A stretch of 64,000 bases of DNA from NCBI GenBank assembly GCA_002069975.1, contig MWCJ01000009.1, forward strand, positions 848-64,847. The letters are read 5' to 3'. Below, one piece after another: positions 46,434-55,400 of this stretch. The notes under the pieces were generated by a model. The model was given only the letters and a program-made list of their open reading frames with translations. It did no database searches and was not told the origin of the DNA. Source of the stretch: Bacteroidetes bacterium ADurb.Bin217 (GTDB lineage: Bacteria > Bacteroidota > Bacteroidia > Bacteroidales > UBA1715). The first letter of the stretch is position 1, and each line of letters starts with the position of its first letter. The translations under genes were made by a program, and so were the position numbers.

Positions 46434-49400
46434 TTATTGTATTATAATAGAGCGAACATATTGTCCTTTTGTGTCATTTACTTTTAAGGTGTAAAGTCCT
46501 TTTGCAAAGTTCGACACATCTATTGTATGAGTTTCAGTATCTGGTGTTACTATATCTTTCCATACTACAAGTCCCGATGCGGAAATTATTGAAATAGTGT
46601 ATGTAGTTGTGTTATCAACCGGTAGTGTAACATGTATAACGTGGTGTGCCGGATTCGGATATACCTCAATTATTTGAGTGTCGATATTTGATAATGAACT
46701 TGGTGATTGTACTGTAAATATAATGTCTACAGAACTTTGCAATCCGTGTTCGTCTGCACAATATACGGTAATAGTTTCAGAACCTGTCCACGTAGGATTT
46801 GAAATAAATATGGTTGCAATTCCTTTACTGTCGATATTCATTGTAATAATACCGGGAGTATTTGCCGACCAAAGTAAAGAGTTCGCATTGGTATGGTCAT
46901 CAACAAAATAGTTGTTTAAATCAATTGATGTAAACGATTGACCTTTTATAATTTTTTGTTCTGGCACTTGTGTTACAACCGGTGCATTGTTTAGTATTGA
47001 AATTTCTACCAATGTTGAATCTTTTACTCCATTGCTTGACATAGCATATATATAAGCATTGCCTATAGCTATACCGGTTATGTTTCCTGTATTATCTACC
47101 CTGGCTATACTTGTGTTCGAAGAATACCATTGAATAGTTGGATAGGTAACATTATTCGGAAAAATTTGTGCCGACAGTTGGTGAGTTTCGGATACCATTA
47201 TTTCTATATTTGAAACAGAAATACTTATTTCGCTAGCTTCTATCGGGGTAACATTTACAATACATTCACCAACAACATTATTATTTGTTATTGCATATAT
47301 CGTAGTTTGTCCAATTGCTTTAGTGGTAATCAATCCTTGAGAAACCGATGCTATGCTTGGGTCGCTTGATGACCAAGTAACCGATTTGTCGGTTGTTTTT
47401 ATTGGTAATATAGACACTTCTAATTGGTGTGTTTCATTTATATGAAGTGCTAAATTTGAAGGGAGAATATCAACTTGACTTGCAAGCATTGGTTTTACCG
47501 TTACTATTACCGATGCTTGAATGTTGTTGGAGCTAATACATGTAATTACTGTAGTTCCGGCACTTAATCCTGTAATTTTACCTAATGAATTAACCATTGC
47601 TATTTGGTTATTACCTACACTCCATGTCAGTACAGTATTTGTTGCATTTGAAGGAGTATATGTTGGTTGCAATACAAACGATTCGTCAATGTCGATTTCT
47701 AATGTTTGTGGTATTGTTATATTTTGTATTTCAATTATATTGTTTGTTACAGTAACTTCAACGGTTGCTGTTAATCCATTATATGTTTGAGCATACAATG
47801 TTGAAGTTCCGGCTACAAGTGCTGTTAATAATCCTGACTCAGAAACACTAACTACATTTGTGTTCGAAGAATACCAAGTTATAGTTTTATTAGTTGTGTT
47901 AACAGGTAATATCGTAGCCGATACTTGTGATGTTCCACCTACAGTCATGCTAATATTTGTTTGATCTATTGTAATGCTCTCGGCTAATATTGGTTGCACG
48001 TATACTATACAGGTATCTGCCAAACCATTGGAAGATGTTGCAATAATTCTAACTGCACCAACTCCTTTAGAGCTTACTAATCCATTTTGGTCAACAGTAG
48101 CAATTGTAGAGGTTTCACTTTTCCATACAACTGTTTTGTTGGTTGCATTTTCGGGTTCTATAGTTGCAGTTAATTGTTCTGTTTCGCCTAGTATAATTGA
48201 AGCTGTGTTTTTGTTTAATACAATTGAACTAACCGGAATAGTATATAAAACAACATTTACAGAGCATTGAGCTACCAGTCCATTTGAAGTAGTTGCGGTA
48301 ATTTGAGCTGTGCCTACAGCTATAGCAGTTACTTTTCCTGTATTATCTACTGTAGCTATATTTGAATTGCTCGATGTCCAAGTAATAGTTTTGTTTGTAG
48401 TATTTGTAGGTAAAATTTCGGCAACAAGTTGTTGGTTTTCAAATTCTTTTAATGTAATTGTTTGTGTGTTTAAACTAATTGAGTTTGCTGCAATTTCATT
48501 TACTGTAATAGTAATAGTTTCACTTACTCCCGTAGCTGTAGAGGCTGTAATTGTAGCTGTTCCGGGACTTACAGCAGTAATTTGTCCTAATTGATTTACC
48601 GAAACTATGGAACTATTGTTAGACGACCATGTAAACGATGTGTTGGTGGCATTTGTGGGACTATAACTTACATCAATAGTTTGTACAGTTCCTACATTCA
48701 TAGACGACACTATTACCGACAAATCTATTGAGGTTGGATAAATATCGGTTACCGTAATAATACATTCATCGTAAACATTATTTATTGCCGAAGCACGTAT
48801 TATCGCTGTTCCTGCTTTAAGTGCGGTAACTATACCATTGTTAACTGATGCTACAGACACATCAGAACTTGTCCATGCAACTTGTTTGTTGCTTGCATAT
48901 GTAGGTAAAACTGTTGCTTGAAGTTCGTATTGTGCATATACTTGCATGGTGTGTTGATTTGTGTTTAGAGTTACCGATTCTACAGGTATAGTTGACACGG
49001 TTACAGCACATTGAGCGGTAAGTCCATTTACGGTAGTTGCACTAATTGTAACTGTTCCTGCTGTGTTTGCCGTAATCAATCCCGAAGCATTTACCGATGC
49101 TATACCGGTATTGCTCGATACCCAAGTAATTGTTTTATTATCGGCATTTGAAGGAAGAATTGAAGGCGTGAGTTGTAAAGTGTTTCCAACAAATAACGTA
49201 GCTGTTGATGTCATAGTGATAGATGATGGTAGTCGTTCTTCAACGGTTACTATAACTGTTTTTGATTCACTTGGTGTTTGCTCGCTTGTTGCCGAAATGG
49301 TAGCAGAACCTATACCAATTGCTGTAATTAATCCTGAAGCTGAAACAGTTGCTATAGCTGTATTACTACTTTGCCATAGTACGTTTGTATTACAAGCATT

Positions 49401-52400
49401 TGCAGGCGTAAGTGTTGTTGTAACTATACTAGTTTCATTTTTATACAATGTAAGTGTATTGGTGCTTAATTGTAATGTAACTGCCGATGTGCTACAATCG
49501 CTTACTACTGTAACCAAACAAGTAGCACTTGTGGTTCCGGTGCCATCGGTTGACGCGGTAATAGTTGTAGTTCCCAAATTTAATGGCGTAATTACACCGT
49601 TTGCAACCGTTGCAACTAATTGGTTAGAACTTGTCCATGTTACTACTTTATTTGCTGTACATTCGTTTGCAGGGCTAAATATTGGAGTAAGAGTCGCCGA
49701 TTGTCCTTGAACTACTTGCAATGTTGCCGATGATAGTGATAATACTATTGGTCCCGAACAATCTTTGGTAACCGTGATAATGCGAGTTGCAGTTTTTTCG
49801 CTATAACCATCGTGTGCTCGTATAGTAATAGTTGCGGTGCCGGGAGCTACTGCAGTAACCAATCCGCTCGCAGAAACTGTAGCAATAGTAGATGCCGAAG
49901 TTTCATATGTTACAGATTGTAAGCATGCATTCAACGGAGAATATACAGGTGTAAGTTGTGCATTGCTTCCTTCAACTATAGAAATAGTACTTGGTGTAAG
50001 AGTTACAGAACTTAATTGAATTGCACATCCTTGTAGTTGCACTGTAATTGTTTTTATAAATTGTGTGCCATAAGCGTCAGTAATTGTTGCTGTTACGGTA
50101 ATTGTTTCGGTCCCATATGCCAATGTGTTTGTTATTATACCCGAAGCATCTATACTAGCATTTGCACTCGATTCTGACCATGTAATTTGTTGAATATAAG
50201 CATTTGCAGGAGTTGTTGCTAAGTACTGTGGTAAATCTATGCTACCGCCTTGAGCCACTTCTACCGTTGTTTGTGTAAATTCAATTGTGCTAATTGGATT
50301 ATGTAGAATAGTCACTTCACATGTATCTGCCAAGTTATTTGCGGAAGTAGCTATTATTTTTGTTTGACCTACTGCTACAGGTATTATTGTTCCCGATTGA
50401 CTTACGTTTGCTATAGCTGTATTTAGAGATGTCCATACAATAGTTTTGTTGGTTGCATCATTTGGTAATACTGTAGCTGTAAGTGTTTCTGACTGCGACA
50501 ATTGCAAACTTGTGGTTTGTTTGTTTAAAACAACACTTGTAACGGGAATTGCACCCGATTCAACTGTTATTATGCAAATTGCTGTCAGTCCATTTGATGT
50601 AGTTGCTGTAATTGTAGCTGTTCCTATAGCAATAGCTGTTACCATTCCGGTATTGTCTACGGTTGCAAATTGTGTAGCATCGCTCGACCAAGTAATTGTT
50701 TTATCGGTAGTGTTTGTAGGTAATATTGTAGTTATCAGTTGTTGCGTGCCTCCTGGTATAAGACTTACTGCCGAAGTATTGATTGCAACTGAACTGGCAA
50801 GTATTGGATTTACTTGGATAATAAACGATGTAGTTTTGTTATTTGCCGAAGTAATAGTTATTGTAGAACTTCCAATTCCAATAGCAGTAATAATGCCTTT
50901 TTGTGTAACCGAAACTGCCGATGGATTCGATGTTGTCCATGTAAGTGTTGAATCTGTTACTGTACTTGGTAAATAAGTAATAATAACACTATCTCTATCT
51001 CCTAAATATCGTGAAACAGTTCCAGTAAGTGATGAAAAAATTGAAGTTGGAAGTATATGATTTACTGTTACCAAACATTCTGCATAAACACCACTGCTTG
51101 CTGTTGCTCGTATTGTTGCTGTTCCCGCTTTGCGTGCTTCAATTATGCCGGTTGTAGTAACCGATACTGTTGTTGCATCGGTGCTCGACCATACTATGGA
51201 TTTGTCGGTTGTATTTATTGGTGCTATTGTAGCACTAAGTGTTTCTGTATCATATACAAACAAAGTTGTTGTGGTTTTGTTCAAACTAATTGAGGTTGCT
51301 TGTACTGGATTAACCGTTACTATACATGTTGCCGTGAGTCCGTTCGATGATGTAGCTGTAATAGTAGCTGTACCAACCGCAATACCCGTAATTTCTCCCG
51401 AAGCTGAAACACTTGCAACATCAATATTGTTGGAAGTCCACGTTACTGATTTGTTGTAAGTGGTTGCAGGTAAAATAGTAGCAGTTATTGGTTGAATATC
51501 CCCAACTAACATACTCAATGTTGGTGAAACACTTATAGAACTTGGTAATCGTTCTAAAACAGTAACAGCTACAGTCGCGCTTCCTACTGGAGTTTGAACC
51601 GATGAGCACGTTATTGTTGCAGTACCCGGTGCTATAGGTGAAATTATACCATTACTTACTGTAGCAATTGTTGATGCCGATGAAGACCATGTAACAGATG
51701 AATTACATACATCAAGTGGCGAAACCGATGCTGTTACAGTAGATGTTTGGTCGGTGTATATAGAAACTGTAGTTTTGTCTAATAATATAGTTGGGGTTCC
51801 TGTATAACAATTGGGTATAACAGTAACTGTACACGTAGCCGATGTAATTCCGGTACCGTCGGTAGAGGCAGTAATTGAAACTGTTCCAACGGATACGGCT
51901 GTAATTACACCGTCAACAACTGTTGCAATGCTTGGATTTGAACTCGTCCATGTTATGGTTTTGTTTTGAGTACATTCATTATCGGGATTAAAAATAACCG
52001 ACAGTGTTTCTGCATTTCCTTCTATAATATTTGTCGACGTTTTCGATAGGCTCAATTCTATTGCTCCCGAACAGTCTTTGGTTACAGTAACTGTTTTTGT
52101 TGCTGTTTTTGTTGAAAATCCATCGTTTACCGAAATGGTAATAATACTTGTGCCTGGAATTATTCCACTTACCAAACCACTTGCATTTACCGTAGCTATA
52201 GTAGGTGCAGAGCTTGTATAGGTTACCGTTTTAATACATGCATTGTTCGGAGTATATACCGGAGTAAGTTGTGCTGTTTGTCCTTCTACAATATTCACTG
52301 TGGTTGGCGATAAGCTTACTGATGTGAGTTGTGTAGGGCAGCCTGTAAGATTAACGGTAATAGTTTGAGAATAAATATTCGAATTTTTATCGGTTACGGT

Positions 52401-55400
52401 TATGGTTACTTCTACCGATTCGGTTCCCCATTCTAAACTATTGGTAAGCACTCCCGATGTGTTGATACTTGCATTAGCACTCAATTCTGTCCATGTGGTA
52501 GTTTGTACGGTAGCATTATTCGGGTTTATTGTAAGATACGAAGCAAGGTCTATTGTCGCATTTTGTGCTACATTTACACTTGTTTGTGTGAACGATATAC
52601 TTTCAACCGGAATTTTGAGTTCGGTTACGCTAAGTGTTACATCTTTAGAAGACGATGCTCCATCTAAATCTTGTACAGTAAATGTAAGGGTTTCGGAGCC
52701 TATCCAGGTACCACTTTTAGGAACTATAGTTACAACGTTGTTTGTAATAGTTATGTTAAAATTGGTTGAAGTACTTGCCGACCATAGTAATGAAGCTGTT
52801 GGGGTGTTATCATCGGTAACATAATTGTTTAATAAAATGTTATTAAATGTTTGTCCTTGCATGATAGATTGGTTCGGTATAGTCGATATTACCGGAGGGT
52901 TGTTTACCGGAATATTTACTTCGTTTCCGAATATGAGTTTGTCAATGGTTATTGTGCCTGATTTTGCAGTTGTTGAGCCGTTGTCAAAATATATTTTTAT
53001 ACCTCTAATATTGCTTGATGTTACTGTTTGTGTAGGTGTAGATTGCGAAAATTTACCTGAAAAATTAAAGATGTAATCTACATACGAATTGCCATTTGCC
53101 GATATTGTAACCGGATTAGCATTAGTAATATAGCCATTGTTGTCAAATAAATCTACACGTACATTTGTTTGAACGGTGGTTTTTAAACGTAAAGCTACAT
53201 ATGGATTTGTTGTTAAATTCAATATTTTTGCTTCGGCTTCTGTAATATTATATGTTATAGCATCGCTTCCACCTGCAGCAGTTCTGTAATAATCAATTCC
53301 AATTTCGCCACCTAAATAAGAAAGTGTATACAACGAAGATGTTTCTGACCAACCGGGCATGCCAGGTTTTATTATGTGGTCGGTATATCCCAATACGGTT
53401 TGCGGAGTTTGAACTAATTGTACGGTATAGGTTTTAACGGTTACATTATCTTGTGCAGTAACACGAATAGTCGCAATGCCAGAAAGTGAATTTGCTTGAC
53501 TAATTTCTACTGTTGCATTAGCTTGTACTCTTGTAGCAGAAATTGTAGGAATAGTAGTAGCTCCAGCCGGTAGCGTGAGAGTGTAATTTGTAGTATTTGC
53601 AGTAAATGTTGGCGATAGTGTTCCGGCACTTGCTGTAAGTGTTGCTAAATTGGCATTGTTCGATAATGCTATACCTAATGAAATGTTGTCTATATATATT
53701 TCTTTTGTTTCGTTTACCGTAATGTCGGGGTCGGTATAGAATACTAATGCTACTACACGCGATTTATCGATATTTGTATTTTTAGTTGTATAGTCATAAC
53801 TTAACGTAGTATTTGCACCTGCTGCTACCGATTTGGTAACTATATTCGAGCTTCCTACATTACCATCGGCATCGCGTAAGTCTACACGTATATCAACAGC
53901 TTTGGCACTGCGAACCGAATAGGTTAAAATAGGATTTGCATTATTTTCTAAATCAAGTTCATATCCTGCCGGTAAATTATAAATAAATGTGCGGTATGCT
54001 GTTTTTCCGGCTGCTTGCGAAAGTAAAATTTCTTGATTTTGTGCGGTTATCGTATAATAGGTTGCACTCGATCCGGTAACTGTAAAATCTGAAGCACTAT
54101 TATCGTCGAAATTATCTGTCCAGCTATATATAGTTTGCGAAGGATTAGAATAACTGTGAGCTATAGTGTATACTTGTTGTGCACCACTTTCTGCAGTTAC
54201 TGTAATTACCGTATTTTGATTAATACTTGTTGCATAAACTACTTCTACTAATGCATTTGCTTGATTCGCAATTGCAGTAACCAATGGTACTTGTGCTTTT
54301 GTTAATGTAGCAGTATAGGTATATGTGGTTGAATTGAAAGTAGGGCTTAATGTTCCCGAAGAAATTGCAAGCGATTTTAAGCTTGCATCGGGTGATGGAG
54401 CATTCGAAAAGGTAATAAAATAATCTTGAGTGTAAAGTCCATTTGCGGAAATTACAGTAATTTTAGCTGTACCGCTCAAACTGGTTGCTTGTGTTATAGT
54501 TCTTGTGGCGCTGGCATTTAATGTAGTAGCCGAAATTGTAGGCACTGTAGTCGCTGCAGGTGGTAATAAACAAACATATTCATATACCGAAGCCGACAAC
54601 GTTGGTGTAAGTGTTCCTTCCGAACTGGTTAAAGTTTTAAGTGCAATACTCGAATTCGCAGATTGGTTTTTAGCATTATATGTCGGGGTCATAGTTTCCC
54701 AATAGGTAGAATTTTCGGGGAATCGTCCGTAGCTCGCATTTGCTGTTTGCGATGTGTATGTTTTAGAGTCAAGTTGAATAATTCCGTTTTCGGTAACTTG
54801 CGATAATATTACATCTTCGCCTAATTGATTTAAATTAAAATCTAAATGTAGAGCGCCTTGCGATTGGTCGCCGTCGGCCCAAAATGTAATCCACTGACCG
54901 GGTTGCACGGTAGTTGCTGCCGAATTGTTGCGAGGGATTCTAAATTTTAATGTATGTCCCAAAGTATCACTAACAAACAGTCCTCCTAAATCTACAGCCG
55001 AAGCCGACGAGTTGTAAAACTCTATATAATCAGCATAACTTCCCGATTCGTCCTGAACAGTAGAAGTATTCCACGCTAAAATTTCGTTTATGGTAATTCC
55101 CGATTTTTGTGCTATGGTTATAGAATTTGTATTTGCAGCACCCGGAGTTGGTTGTGGTAAATATCGGAATGTAGATGTTACCGAAGGAAATCTTCCGTAT
55201 GCAATATCTTCGCCTTGGTTGGTATATGAAACTTGGTCAATAATATAGTTAGCAGCTCCCCGTACTTGTACTATTGCAATATCACCTTTTGTTGCATTAA
55301 GTTTAAAATCTACGTGGTTTGGATTTATTTTTATTTGTTTGTCTGCCCATAGAATATAATAACCTCCGGCAGGAATTGTTGTTTGTGCCGATTGCCCTTT

